Source: Lama glama
Lineage: Eukaryota
Assembly (NCBI GenBank): GCA_028534125.1
Contig: JAPYYK010000045.1
Coordinates: 186,001-250,000 of the forward strand
Length of the DNA stretch: 64,000 nt
Reading direction: 5' to 3'
Part shown: positions 1 through 13,790 of the stretch, piece after piece
Layout: each line of letters opens with the position of its first letter
Position numbering within the stretch: position 1 is the stretch's first letter
Program-made: the position numbers and the translations under genes
The notes under the pieces: generated by a model
What the model saw: the letters and a program-made list of their open reading frames with translations, nothing else
Database searches by the model: none
Told to the model about the DNA's origin: nothing

Positions 1-3000
1 CCCGCCCCTCCCGGCAGCAGGGCCCTGTCCATCTGCCCCAGGGCTGGGGTGCCGCCCACCTGGCCACAGGCACACGCTGTGCTTCGCCTCGGCAAAGGGG
101 CCCCCACCCGCCTGTCCTGGTGGCAGCTGGAGAAGAGGGGTGGGCACTGACAGGGAGAGGGTGCCCCACTCCATGGGCTTACGTCCAGGCTTATTTTCTT
201 AGCTGATTGGACTTACCACCTTTTTAATTGAGAAAGCAGAGCTGGCTTGAAAAGGTCCCTTGAAATGACACCCAAGAGCAGAAGACAGAGACAGTGTGTG
301 CAAAATTAGTGTGTCACGCAGTGGGCAAGGAGGTCCTTTCCCAGGCCAAGTTCATGGCCTTTCTGAGAATCCTGCAGAGATTTAGAATTTGACACAACAA
401 AGAGGGGCATGGGCCTCCCTCCCCCCAGCCCCTCTCCACCCCAAAAAGCTCATTCAGAGAGAGACAGAGAGAGAGAGGTGGGGTGGGAGGGGACAGGAAG
501 GAGGCTGATCCTCATCTCTGCCTCTGCAATGGAGCCCAAATCAGAGGCCTGGGGTCAGAAGTGGAGAAGGGTGCCAGCCCTTGGCTGTATCCCAGGCCTC
601 GGGGCGGGAGGACCGGCCCCTTCCTGCTCCTTCCCCCAGGAGCAGGGGCAGGGCTGCCCACTTGCGGGGTGAGAGGTGGCTGCCAGGCCTCTGAATCAGG
701 AGGCCTGACACATCCTCAGGCCACCTGGCCACCCCTCTCTGGAAGCGTCTGGCTACCCACTTCCCTGGGAAATGAGGACTTTCAGGAAAAAAGCTGACAG
801 AAGAAATCTGAGCACTGCATTGCAGCGCCCCTGAGACGGGTGCAGGCTGCCAGGCTGTTGTCTGAGGCGCACAGGCTCCATGTGTCCTCTGCCAGCCTGC
901 ACCCGGCCCACCACCCCTCACCCCGGCCCCAGGACCCAGGCAGGGGAGAGCAGGGGTCTGGGGGTCAGCTCTCTGGACGCTGGCCTCTGCCACCTCCATC
1001 AGTGTCCCCGTCATCGAGGGCACGTTTAGCTGAAACCTGTGCATTTAGCTAAGTCACCATCCTCATTCCTCCTCTTTCTTCCCCGAAAGGGGCTGGGCAA
1101 CCTCAGCCATTCACCCACTCCCTCCACCGCCCACTGACCCCATAGAAGCCTCAGAGCTGTGGGGGCCAGAGGTCATTCAGGCCCACCCTCTTATTTGATC
1201 ACTAGGAACCCAGGGGACCTGACCCACCTGGGGTGGGTCAGCGAACCGGGTGGAACGGGTCCTGAGCAGAGGCCCTGAGCCTGTACAGGACGGGCTGGGA
1301 CCAGCCCAGTGATCCTGGCGGGTCTGTGGCTTCCTGTCGGCTGATTAACAAAGTCAAAACTTGGCCGGATGAAGGCAGTCAGGGGTAAGTAAGCAGCGAG
1401 ACCTCCGCCCCGAGCTTCCTCTGTGGGCCGGCCCCAGATCCCTCGGCCCCCACCCTCCAGAAGTGAAGCCCTCCCCCCAGCTGCTGGCCCAGCCCCGCTT
1501 CTAGACCTTGTGTAGCACCAGGGAAGAGGGAGGCCTGCCAGACCCACCCCAGGAGCCAGCACAGGACACTGGTGTGCCTGGTGGGGGGAGGGAGGGTCAC
1601 GGCCAGCAGGGCTCCAGCCCCGATGTCTTCCCGGGACCTGCAGGAACCGCCTGTCTCCCCTCCAAGTGCCGCCCAGAGGGAGGCGCAGCCCAGGACGTGG
1701 GCTCCAGGCCTGCCTGAGGGGAGAACCCCGGGTGCAGAGAGAGGCCCCGCTCCTGGACCTCCTCGAGTGGTTGCTCCAGACTTTGCCTCCTTGTGGCTGC
1801 GTCAGGGCTGGCTCTGTGCCAGGCTGGGCCTGATGTGCCGCTGACCGTAGGAAGCCTGGTCCTGCGTCCGTCTGACCTTGGAGTTGGCACTGACTGGCTC
1901 TGTTTAGGGTGTGTTGCACCTCTCCGGACATTTGAAGATGGACACAGACAGACTGGGCCTTGTCCCGAACTCAGCCAGGGTGTGAGAGGCAGTGGAACAC
2001 CCTGGAACGGAGTGGCTGGACCAGACCCAGGCTGCAGGGACGGCCCGGCAGCTGGCCTGTCACCAGCGGAGGAAGCCGCAGGAGACAGATTTTAGTTCAA
2101 GATAAGGAAGCCCACCCTGACTCTTAAGGACGTGCAGACGGTGAGCAGCGGACTGGGACGACTGTGGTGTGTGAGCAGAGGCTGGCCACGGGACGCGAGT
2201 CGGGACCGTCGAGCGGGCGAGGCGGCTGGGCTGGGGCAGCCGCGCGGAAAAGCAGAGGGAACCCACGCTGATGGCTGAGGCGCTGTGCTGGGCCCTCTGC
2301 AAGGCGTGTCTGGTATTCAAGGCGCTGCGTGCTTGTCAGAGCTTCACCCCAGCCTTGCTGACGGAGTCTTTATTCCCTGCTTTCACAGATGACACAGGAG
2401 CCTCAGGGCGGTGGAAGGCCTCTCCCAGGGCTGACCACTTAAAGCCGCAGCAGGACCTGAAGCCAGGCCTGTCTGGCTCCAGCTGCCTTGGTCTTCTCAC
2501 CCACTCTGGACTGTAAGCCTCAGGCTCTCAGGGTCCTGGGGCAGGCTGCAGGGCCAAGTGAGCAGACAGGACTGCACAGCCCCTGCTCTGGGTCTGGAAT
2601 AAAGAGCAAGATGGCGGAGTGGGGGAACAGGAGCCCTTGGGACCTGAAGGTCGGAGGACAGGGAGGGTTTCATTTGCCTGGAGTCGTACAGCAGTGGTCA
2701 GTCTGGCCTCGGTCTCAGTTACTGCTGGCCGAGCTAGCGTCATGGCTGCCCATTCCGACTGGGGTATTTGTGCATGCACATGTGCGTTCCCCGGGCCCAC
2801 CTCCCCCATCGGTGCTCCCAGCCCCTCAGTTCAGTGTTGTGGATGACTCAGGCTGAGTGCCAAGGCCCACTTGCAGGGAGCACTTTTGGGGTGCAGGGAG
2901 AGGGCTCCCCAGCCTCTCTTCTGCCAAGCCCTCTCCCAGGCCGTCTATAGTCCTAGGAAGACTGGAACCTACGCCAGGCTCCAACTGCCAGCCAAGCCCC

Positions 3001-5989
3001 AGCAGGCCACAGTGGGAAGCCAGGGTGGGCAGGACACGGTGGGAGCTGCCCTCAGGGCCTCAGAACGGTCCAAGCAGCCCTTTCCTCAGTGCCCCCCCGC
3101 CCCTCGTAGTCATCTCCCGCCCTGTCATCCAGAGCCCCCTCCTCACCGGCACACAACAAGCCACACTCCCTCGTCCCTTCCTGGCCCTTAGTCACCCCTG
3201 CTGCTCGGATTGGGAAAATGTGCCCTATCCTCTCCTGGTCTGGTCCGACGGAGGCCCCAGGGTCACCCCACCGGCACCATCCTTCCCTGTGCTGTCCTTC
3301 CAGCACACCTGCAGCCAGACCAGTAGGAGGAAACCAGAGACCCATCTTCTGGTCCTTGCCCTCTGAGCATGTGCCCCTTTCTTCGGGAGAGACGGTGCCA
3401 GACGCGAGAGCAAGTCCAGCAGCCACCCCAGGACCGTGGCTTCGCTTCTCGGAGCCCCAGGTCCTGCTCTGGGAACAAGGGCAGGACTGTCCTCTGTCAC
3501 GAGGGCTGAGAGGGACACGTGAAGACAGCGTGGACCTGCAGCAGGGCTCCCGCGTCACTGATGACTCCTGGGCACTTGATCAGCTGTAGGTTTAGCGGCA
3601 GATGAAAGAAATGATCCCACGATGGAAAACAGAAGAGACGCCTTGTGAAACGGGGTGCGTCTCGTCTAGCAGAGCCACTGTCCAGGGGCTCTCCTCCAGG
3701 CTTGTCTCGGACTGTCCTCGCCCGGACAACCAGGCCCCTAGGCCTCAACCCCCTCCTCTCATTGGCTGGCTCACACGTGTGTCTTCAGCCCAGACGCCTC
3801 CTCTGAGGCCTGCTTTTACCCACCTGCACATCCAGCAGCTCCACTCCGATGCTCAGAGGTGACCCACCCCAGGACAGACTCCAGGGTTTTCTGTCCCCAG
3901 AAGTGAGGTCCCACCTGGCCAGCAGCTCACAAGTGACTGTTGGCACCCCTCCCCTGCTCCCTCCATGTCCCATCTGATACAAGCTGTCACCCCCTCACAT
4001 CCCTGGTTCCCTGGTCCAGCTGTTGTCACCTCTTCCCCGGATTGTGCAGAAGCCATTCATTCGGCCTGGTTAATTTCTGTGCAGCCTTCAAGTCTCAGTT
4101 TAGGTGTCCCTTCCTCCAGAAAACCATCCTTCGTCTTGCTGAGAAGCCCGTCTGGTGCTCATCCACACCAACCAGCCCTCCTTTGCAGTTCTGATTGCAG
4201 CAGACCTGATGTGTGTGTGTTTGGGTTGTATGATCAGCGTCGGGTCCTTGAGTGGACTGCACACCCCACGAGGGCACCTATAACCCAGCCTCCAGGCCTT
4301 CCAGGCCAGGACCAGAGAAAGGCGCCCACAGAGGAGGCCTGGAAAGGCCCTGGGGGAGTGGCGACCGGGTCACATGACGTGGCGCACCTGGTGCAGCTCC
4401 GCCCCCACCCGGCCTCCAGTGCCACCTCTGCTCCCCATCCGGAAGCTAAGGCCAGTGCTTGGTGGGCTTGGCATCTCTGCACAGGTCCTGGTCTCTCTGT
4501 GACCCCATGTAAGGTGAGGCACCACCGAGAGCCCGGAACTGGGCCAGACACCAGGGTGCAGACCCCACCTTGTGGAGCTTATGCTGAAGGGAGTGGGCTG
4601 GTGCAGTGCTGAACTCGTGCCCACAGCGGCAGAGGGGGCGTCGGGCTGCGAGGGGACCAGGACAGTGACAGTGGGAGTGCGCGGTGGGCTGGGGGCGCGG
4701 ATGGCTGGACAGTTCAGGAGAGCCGGCGCTGGGGAAGGGGCAGGGAAGCTGTGGGGGGGGAGCAGACGGGGCCAGTCTGGGAAGGGCCTTGATGGCCAGA
4801 GGGTGGCATTTTGTTTGAGTGCAGCTGGGTAAGGTGACACCCAAGGTCTCATGGTGACGACACGCAGACATCAGGCAGTGCCCGCAGAGAGACAGGGAGA
4901 CCCACGCCATCGGGGAGGTGCCCATCGTCCATGCGCTGAGCCGGGGGACTTACCTGCAGGGCTGGGTTAGGAGGAACTCCAAAGGCTGGGGCGGGTACTG
5001 GGAGGTGGCGGGGTGAGCATCACCAGGCAGCCGGGGTTGTAGGCACCGTGTGTCCTTGGGTTTCTGAAGGGAACCGGCTATGAACGTTCCTTCAGAGGAA
5101 GAACTGGGAAGTCAAGCGTTTAGTTCGTCCACGGCACACCATTAACCCAGCACCGAGATTCCAGGTCTCACTCTGGAGCCGTAGTTTTGCCACGGAAGGG
5201 GTGGTTCTCACCCTGGGCAACGCAAAGAATGGCGGGTGCTGACCCCCACCAGGCTGACAGACAGAGAGCCTGAGGACCCCCTGCCCCATGGCTGCAGCCA
5301 GCTGCCTCCTGGTTTCCCCGGGATCCTGCTGTCTCATCACAGGTGGGCTCCTGTCACCTTGCACTCAGTCCACTGTCATCAAGGTCACAGAAAGCGGGGA
5401 GGCGGTTGATCTGGGACAGTGTCCCGCCGAAACCAGACAGCAGCCACTGAAGGAGAAGTGGGAGGAGGGGCCATGGGTGGCTGTGTAGGGGTCCCGGGAG
5501 GGCAGTGCAGGTGGAGGGTGGACCCCCATGAGTGCATGGCCCCAGGGTTCCTCCTGAGCCACCACCACACCAAGACACAGGCCCTTCTCCCCAGCAAGCC
5601 TGGCTTCTGAACCATGGGCTGAGGCGCCCCTGCTGCAGGGGCGCCCCCACTGCAGGGCTGCAGGGCGAGGGGCAGGAGCCATCTCCCCAGACACACCCCC
5701 TCTGACACCCGCTGCCCCTACTCAGCTGAGGAAGCCACTCTCCCTGCTAACGCCTCGGCTGTGACGGGCACCACTTCACTCTGATTTTCCACTTCTGTAA
5801 AATGGGTAGAATATGTGACTAGAAACTGACATCTGAAGCCTTTGAGGAAGAGCACAGAGATGGTTCAGGCATTTCACAGCTTCGCAGACCTGAGGTTGAG
5901 GGAGGGGCGTGGGAGGCAGTGACTGACTCTGGTCCCAGACTGTTGGACTCAAGCTGGTCCCTGCTCACATGACTTAGTGCCCTACAGGC

Positions 5990-6400
5990 CGGGACCTGAA
6001 TCCTGGCTCCGGCACTAGTCTGCTGGGTGAGCTTGAGTAAATCATTTGCAGGTTTGAGCCTCAGTTTTCTCAGCTGTGAGATGACACAAACATGCATTTC
6101 ATAAGGTAGCTGTAAGGATGAGGTAGGACCCAGGGGCCACCTGGTTGGGAACGAGGGACCCAGTGTTGACCAGCGAGGCTGTGGCAGAGGGGTGTAGGGT
6201 GCAGCCTCAGACCTCAAATCCCGTGTCTTCCACCCCCGAGCTGTGTGACCCTGGACAGATTACTTTACCTCTCTCTGCCTCAGATTTCTTGTCTGTGAAA
6301 TGGGAATGAGGCTGATCCTCTCCCTGGGGTTTTGTAAGTAACTGAATTCACACAAACACTTAGAGTAGTGCCTGGCATGGGGAAAGCACTCAGTGTGTGT
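5990..6400 (+). mobile_element. Two tandem MIR SINE remnants
   Basis: GAGCCTCAGTTTTCTCAGCTGTGA, CTGTGTGACCCTGGACAGATTACTTTACCTCTCTCTGCCTCAGATTTC and AGTAGTGCCTGGCA are MIR core motifs. Confidence 0.8.
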
Positions 6401-9400
6401 CTCCTGTTGTCATCGTCACCACTGTCACCCACATCTTGGTACCAGAACCTCCTGAGCTCCAAGCACTGGCCTCACCCAGTGTGTGTCCCCAGACCTGGGC
6501 CAGCTGACCGGCCAGGGGCCTAGTGGCAGAGCTGTCTTGGTGCCCCGACTCTCTTTCCAGGAGAGACTGAGACGGCCCCTTGGGTGAGATGCTCAGCTGG
6601 AGCAGACCTCCCCACCACGCAGGTGGTCCTGCCAGCTCCACTTGGTGGCTCAGTTCTGGAGGCGGCCCCTGCGGCTTGCCGGCAGCCCTGTCTCTTCTGG
6701 GGGAGCCAGACGAGGAGGGAGCCAGCATACTCCCCAATCTGAGGGCCCCTCCCTGTGCCCCTCAAGCCCTGTTGTGGGTCTGGCTCACTTGTCTGCTGCA
6801 TTCTTTCCTTTTGACAATTTCTTTATCCAAAACCCCCGTTTAAAGATGGCCAGATGCGTCTGGAGCGCAGGTGTAGATGCAGTTCAGGTTTCCCACAGGA
6901 CTGCTCTTCAGCCCCCATGTTAACCCCTCTTCTGAGGGGTCAGCAGGCCCCTCAGTCTTGTGTACGCCGCCCTGCACTCCATGCCCCACCGCACGCAAAC
7001 TGCTCAGCACGGAGCAGAGCACTCAGCGAACAAGAGCTGCTTTGCGTCTCCTCTGCAAAGCAGAGATAAAGATGCCAACCCCAACCGACACGCAGGACCC
7101 GGACGCTGCTCCCAGCTTTTCACACGTTTTTTCACTCATGCAGTCTCCACGATGATCATAGGAGGTGGAAACCATTTTTGTTCCCATTTTACAGGGGAGT
7201 CACAGAGAGGTGAGTCCTCCCTCTCCCCTCACTTGGTTGAGGCTGGGCTGGGGCAGGGTCTCTGACAAGGCTGCCTGGGCCACTCATCCAGGGGGCCAGC
7301 CATGGGGGTGTCAGGCCCTGGGCTGGGGAGGAGGTGGCGGCCTTCATGAAGGCCCAGATCAGTCAGAAGGGAAGACATCGAACACAGCAGAAGCCAACCT
7401 AGAGGGACTGAGAAGTTCCCCTCCCAACCTCCCACCCGACCTGCAGGGTGGGCTTTGAACCAGAGGTCTGGGGCAGCAGGGGGGCTCTGTGGAGGAGACA
7501 CCCGAGAGTCCAAGAGTTGCTCTCATTGGAGGGAGAGGAGTGGACATGAACTTACCTGGAGGCGACTTTTGGGGAGATGCTGGTGCTGGCACCCAGCGGC
7601 AAAGAGGGACAAAGCAGAGAACCTGTGCTGGGCTGGCACCAGAGGCCAGGCCTGGGGCAGGGGGAGGGAAGGAGGGGGAGTCCATTCATCCCAGAGGCTG
7701 AGGGGGAAGTTGGGGTTTGCTAAGTGCGGTGGGGCTGAGGGCAAGGCGAGGAGACGTACTTCGTACCCAAGAGAAGGCCAAGGAGAGGGATGTGTCCATC
7801 TGTTTGTTCCTTCCTTTCCGAAAGGAGCTGACACCGAGCTCCAGGAGAGGCACCGCACCAGTTTCTGCACCGCCGTCAGCCTCACAGGAACTCCGCCTTA
7901 AAATTAAAATCCCTGCGCTGTGGGTGAGAAACCTGGGCTTACAGAGGTCACACAATTAGCCCAAGGTCACACAGCGTGCGGTGGCAGTGCCAGGACTCGA
8001 GGACTCTGAGTCTCAGAACCACCAAGATTTACTGTGAGCCTGCTTGGTGTTGGTGGCCAGAGGGCAGAGGGTCCATCCCACCTGGAGCACATGGTCCGGG
8101 GTGGGGGGAGATGAGAGCAAGAAATGACAGAGGTGACAGTGCTGCAGAGGCGAAGCACGGTGCACAGGCAGGAGGTATCGGGGGACAAGACTGGCAGGAT
8201 GAGGGGATGGTGGGGTGGTGGTGTGGGCGAGAGGACAGAGTCCTCCAGTGAGGGGACAGCGTGTGCAGATGTTTTGTGCAGGAACCAGCACAGCCCTTTC
8301 AGGACCTGCGAGGCGATCAGTGCAGTTAGAGCACAGGAGGTGAGCGAGGCAGAGCCAGGTGAAGCTGGAGGCTGGGAGGGGGCCACATCTGGTGACAGAG
8401 GAACCTGCAGGGAGGCAGGGTGGGAGGGCAACGGGGTAGGGGCAGGCGGCAAGCAGCCCCTGGGAAGGAAGGCGCAGCTACAGTTACGCACCAGTGCATG
8501 TGGACGAGGGGAGGGTCAGCCCCTGGGGTCACGAGACCCAGTGCCACGCCTAACTGGCATCAACAGGAGAACCTGGGAAGCCTTGGGGGCTTTTGGTGCC
8601 ACACGGAGTGAAAAACTGTCCCTTCCTTGACTTCCTGCCTCTTGGGACTTTTAAAAGGCTCAAGTGAAATCAAGGCTGTAAGCTGCTGTTACTCGCCCCC
8701 CACCCCGGGGGGTCCTCTGGTGCCTGAGCGGCTCTCAGCTGCCTCTTCTCAAGGCACCACAAGGCTCCCACCTCCCCATCTCGACCCAGGCCCTGCCAGG
8801 GCCCAGGTGAGCTGGCCCTTCAGAATCCCACCCCTCAGGAGGGGAGGGGCACGCTGGGGGGGGGCAGAAGCCTCACACACAGGGACTCTCAGAAGGAGCA
8901 GACAGCCCTGCACAAGGGCTTTTTCTGTAATTAGACCGCTGTACTGGAGGCAGCTCTGAGTAAGGCGTGGGGAGCTTTGATCGTCTTACCAGCAGTCAGG
9001 AGGGCCACTTCGACCACCCCCCGGCCTCCAAGCCACCTCGTATTCCAACCGTTCAGCCACTAGCCTCTCTGGCATGCAGGATGGTGTCCCGGGACCCTGA
9101 GCATCAGGAAATTCAAAGTCTGACCTGAGTCCAGCCTGCTGAACTTTCAGCCCCTTCCTTTTTCCTCCTGGCAAGGGACGCTTTTGTGGGATTCCCTTCT
9201 CCAGGGAGAAACAGAAGAGGGACAGCCAGGTGACAGGGCCCCCTCACTGAGGGTGCCACTGTGGAGGTGTGGGAGGGAACCTCTGCTGAACAGCTGACCT
9301 TGTGCCCTTGACCCTCCAGTGCCCTTTTCCGTCTGAGGAATGCTGAGCATCAGCAGGACTGCCCAGAGGGTCTTGGGCGTCAGTCCTGTCCCCCCCCGAC

Positions 9401-9939
9401 CCCCTCCTACCCGTGTGCAGCCCTGCCAGACCCGCGGGTGGCAGACTGGAAATGCCCGCATCAGCCTTTCCTGCGCCGGGTCCTGACGGCTGCCTTCTCC
9501 AGACAGGCTCCGGCCGGCCCCGCGGGGGCGGCGGTGCCGCAGCGCTGTGGGGACCCAGCTCTGGAGACACGCAGTGGCGGCTGGGGTCACAGGGAGGAGG
9601 CAGAGGAGAGGGGTTTGCAGGTACCGGGAATCCCCGGGGTTCCTCGACTCCAGGAGATGAGGAGCCCTGGGAAGCCTGAGTGAGCTCAGCACACAGAATT
9701 TGAGGAGTGTCATTTCTCGGGTCGAACCCCCAACCTGATTCATGATTCTGAGTTTGCAGAGCAGGGGAAAGCAGGGAGCAGCTGCCGGGGGAGGCGGGGA
9801 GGCAAGGGGGTGAGGCCAGGCATGCGAGGGGCAAGGTCAGGATAGGGGGCTGGCCTGACACCAGCATAAGTTCCACGGGGCTGAACTGGGGTCCTGAGGT
9901 CTGGGCGGTGAGTGCTGAGGATCGAGAATGGGGTTCAAG

Positions 9940-11450
9940 TCCTCCCCGCCCCTCCCGCCCGGCGAGTGTAGGGAGTACCTGCGCCGGGGCTGGGGGTTGG
10001 GGGGTGGAGGGCGGGCGGCGGCCCAGGCCTGGCCCTCCCCGAGAGGGAGAGGCGGAATGGTCCCCACGGCAGAAGACCCGCGGCGGGCTCCCATCTGGGA
10101 GCCGGTCCGGTCCGGTGCCCTGGACACTTGCTCCTCCCCCGCAGGGCCCTCCGCCCGCTTTGTCTCTTGCCCGAGACGCGGGAGGAGGGCCCGGGGCACC
10201 AGCCCCCGACGGGTGCAGGGCGGCTGCGGTCGGGGCTCTCGGGCCGATGCCCCCCGCCTCCCCCACCCATTTTGTCTCGGTCCTCTTCTTCGCCCTCCCT
10301 TTTCTTTTCCTCCTCGACTCAGGGAAACCTCCATCCGTATCCCCTGAAGCGAATCGGCTCCCTCCCACCCGCTAGCGGGTTCCCGACCGCGGGGAGGCCC
10401 CCGCCCCGCCGTCCTTCCCAGCCAATCCCGGCGCCCGAGAGGATCGGAAAGCCCGTGGGTGGCGGGTGCAGTGGGAGTGTCGCGGGGGGGGCGCACAGCG
10501 GGCGGGGGCGCCTCCGCAGTCTCCGGGGGCGCGCGGCCGGCCCCGCCCACCCCAAACTTATCCGGGGGCGCGCGGGCCGGACCCCTTCCCTGCCCACGTC
10601 TCTGGCACCCGCCTCCCCGCCCGGTCGCGGCCGCGGCCGCAGAGGGGGCGGCGGCGCACGGGCGGCCTCCGGCGGCTGGCTCGCGGGGGCGGGGGCCTGC
10701 GTCGGGCCGGCGGGGTCGCCCTCCGAGGGCCGGCCCGCGCCGCGTGCAGGCGGATGTGAGGAGCATCTCAATTGGCGGGCGGGGGAGCGGGGCAGGTGTT
10801 ACTACTGCAGCGCGCGAGGGAGCCGGCGGGCGGAGCAGAGCCGCAGCGGCCGGGTGGCGGGGAAGGGCGGAGAGGGGCCTGGACTCCCGGACCGCGGCCG
10901 CCCCGCGCGCCGCCATCGCCACGAGCTCAGGCCCACCGCTCCCGGAGCGTCCCCGGGTAAGAGGAGCCCGGCGGGGCACCTGAGAGCGCGGCCGAGGGTC
11001 GGGGGCGCGGGCGGATGCGGGCGCCCACCTGGGACGCTCGGACTCGGCTCGGCGCTCACCGCGGTAAACCAAGTGTAGGACGGAGCCCGCGGCGGGGAAC
11101 TGGGCTCCGGAAGTCCCTGAGGGTCCCGGGGGAGGTGTCCCGAACGATCCCCTCGTCCTCGCCGAGAGCCGTGGGAAGGGGCGCCGCGGAAGGTGGATAG
11201 GGCGGGTGTGCAGTGAAGAGTGGCTGCGGGCGCGGGACCCCAGCCGCGCCCGCCGCAGTGAGGACGTGGTCAGGCTCGGGAGACCCCGGGCGCAGAGCCG
11301 GGCGCGCCGGGGACCGGGCAGTGCGCGGAGCCCAGTTCCTTTCCGCGCCCCGGCCCTGCGGCGCCGTCCGGGTCTGGGACGGGCGGCGGCATCTTCCGCC
11401 CCTTCCTCTCCCCGAAACTTTTTCATACTCAGCAAGCGCCGCGTCTCGGT
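9940..11450. promoter_or_regulatory. SYT2: CpG island, probable SYT2 promoter
   Basis: Very high GC with dense CpG (CGCG, GCGGCCGC) and multiple GGGGCGGGG GC-box motifs. It lies ~21 kb upstream of the first SYT2 coding exon. Confidence 0.85.
10800..10956 (+). other. SYT2: Candidate SYT2 non-coding exon 1 (5' UTR); 5' boundary approximate
   Basis: Strong donor CGG|GTAAGA at 10956/10957 inside the CpG island. The ATG exon downstream begins with an acceptor, so an upstream non-coding exon is required. Confidence 0.55.
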
Positions 11451-12599
11451 TCGTAGACACAAGGTCCCAAGAATCCTGGCGAGGGATGGAGCTTGGATAG
11501 GCCGGGGAGGGGGTGGGGGTGGGGAAGGGGCAGCAGGGCAGTGGGTGCGCATGCTCCGCTCGTTTTGCTGTGTGACCTTGTACGAGCTGCTGCACATCTC
11601 TGAACCTCAGGGTGACAGGGTGCGTAGTGCCCCAGCTGGGGCAGGGTGGTGGGTGAGCATCTGCCCGGGCCTGGGCACTGAGGATGCGCCGCCCTAGTTT
11701 GCCCGCCTCTCTGCGGGAGCTGGGGGCTCACTTCCTGGGGAGGCAGGTGGCAGCGTGGAGCTGGTTTCCCAGCGTGCCAGAAGTCAGGAAGCTTCCATTC
11801 TGACCCCACCTATGACCTTGGACAACTCACTTATCCCTCTGGGCCTCAGTATTTTCACCTGGAACATGGGGGTATCTGCTGCCCCCCCACAGGTGAAGTG
11901 CCCTGGAGGGAAGAGGGTGCAGCTCCATCAGTCCATCCCATCTGTGACCCAGCATCTGGGGGAGCTGGCTCCCTCCCCCCACAGAGGCACTGTTTCCATT
12001 CTCAGAATCTCCACACCACACACCTGTGCAGGGGACAGAGCCTTCCCTGGAGAAAGGTTCCCAGTGCTGGACAGGAGGCCTGTGGTAAAAGGAAGATGTC
12101 AGGGGCCCCCAAGGTCATGCTTGTCTCTGGACTGATGAGGATGCTCTGAAGGTCTGCACATTGTAGCCCCTGGCACCCTGCTGGGCACTGCGGTGGGGGG
12201 GGGCCTTCCCATAGGAGAATTAACTTGACTCCTTCTTGGGGTGATCCTGGCTCCATTCCAGCAGAGATGAACGGTACCATCTCATTGGGCCTCAGGGTGC
12301 TGTGGCAAAGTCCTGGTTTAGGATAGGAGCCCTAGGTTTAATTTTAGGCCTTACCTCCCATTCGTGTGACCTTGTGTGACCTTGGGCAAGCCCCTTTCTT
12401 GCTTCCTCGCCTGTACATGGGAGGGATTGAACTAGGTGACTGCCCAGGAGCCCCCCAGCCTGAAGTCCTGCGGCTGCAGTTCTGGGCTGGTGTCTGATAG
12501 TGAGACGTGGGCCCAGTGGGGCAGGGGGCCTCGGAAATTCCCCAGAGTGGGGATGACCTGAGACAGGATTCTGTGAGTGGGCAGTGCATCCGCAGGAGC

Positions 12600-12750
12600 C
12601 CCGGGTGTTACTAGTTATTGGCCGTGTGACCTTGAGCAAGTCACTTTACATCTTTGAGCTTCAGTTAGTTGTCAGAACAAAATGATAATACCTGTGGTGT
12701 TTTAGGATGGCTATGAGGAGTGAATGAGAAGCATGCTTAGTACAGGGTGG
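12600..12750 (+). mobile_element. MIR
   Basis: GTGTGACCTTGAGCAAGTCACTT...GAGCTTCAGTT core. Confidence 0.7.
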
Positions 12751-12936
12751 AGCCTCCCAGCCCCTAGCTAGCATGAGGCAGCTACTGCTGAGGAGAAGGG
12801 AGGCCCTTGCCTCTCTGCCAGCAGGGGGGCAGGAGTGGGCTGGGGAGGGGGGGACACTTCAAGGTGCTCTCCCTGCAGTTTCCAGGGCTCCTGCGGAAGG
12901 GCACGGCAGCACTGCAACCCCCACAGCCTCGCTGCC

Positions 12937-12964
12937 TCTCTGTCTCTGTCTCTGTCTCTGTCTC
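12937..12964. repeat. (TCTCTG)n microsatellite
   Basis: About 4.5 perfect units. Confidence 0.9.
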
Positions 12965-13569
12965 ATTCTCTCTTGGACCATCAGAGTCATCCTGCAGCTG
13001 AAACTTCATGGGGAAGAAACTGCTGGACTTTCCTCTCATCTCACATCTGTTTTCCTCTGGTTCCCTTGTCCCACTTTCTGCCATACGTCTGGTCCCTTCT
13101 GTGGTTACAGGGTGGGGCTGCATTCCATCCACTCCCCGAGCCTTCCGGAAATAAGCCAACTGCAGCCAAGAGCAAGTGAGGCTGGACCCGGGGAGGGAAC
13201 AGGTAGAGCACCTCTGCACCCAGGACCCCAGGATGCCAGTGTGGGCCATACAGGTGCCCTGGGGGGCTGGGTCGTGGGGTGGTGGGGCCAGGATTGGCTT
13301 ACCCTAGACTTGCTGTGCAACCTTAGGCAAATCACACCCCCTGGGCCCCTGTTTTCCCAACTGCAAAGGAAAAGGTTGGTTTGGATGATTCTCAGGGCCT
13401 CCTGACCCTTCGTGCCGGAGTAGCAAAGAAATGGCCTTGCTGGCTCTGCTTTTGCTGAGGCTGGGAGGGTGTGCAGTGGGTGCGAGGTTCTGAGAGTCAC
13501 GCAGTCGCCGCCCCTCGGTCGCAGTACTGTGACGGCCTGGGGAGAGGGGAGTACATCTCCTCAGAGTGC

Positions 13570-13790
13570 TGATGGTTAAGAGCAAAGGCTTTGTGGAAAG
13601 ACACATCCAGATTCCCACCTTGAGTCTTTCCTTATTAGCTGTGTGAATTTGGGCAAATTACTTAACCTCTCTGAGCCTCAGTTATGTCACCTGTAAAATG
13701 GGAACAATGTTGCCTACTTCTTAGGGTTCTGCTGAAGATTACGTGGGAACGATTTATATAAAACCCTGGGATGTGGGGAGTTCTTTGAAC
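13570..13790 (+). mobile_element. MIR
   Basis: TGGTTAAGAGC...TAGCTGTGTGAATTTGGGCAAATTACTTAACCTCTCTGAGCCTCAGTT...CTGTAAAATGGG. Confidence 0.85.

Noticed and set aside
1384-1390. Plus-strand GTAAGT donor as an extra SYT2 5' exon
   Set aside because: No convincing acceptor or promoter nearby; a single motif is insufficient.
9837-11597. 586-aa minus-strand ORF and other long ORFs over the CpG island
   Set aside because: Arg/Pro/Gly/Ala-rich, with no recognisable domain. Several frames are open at once because stop codons are scarce in very GC-rich DNA.
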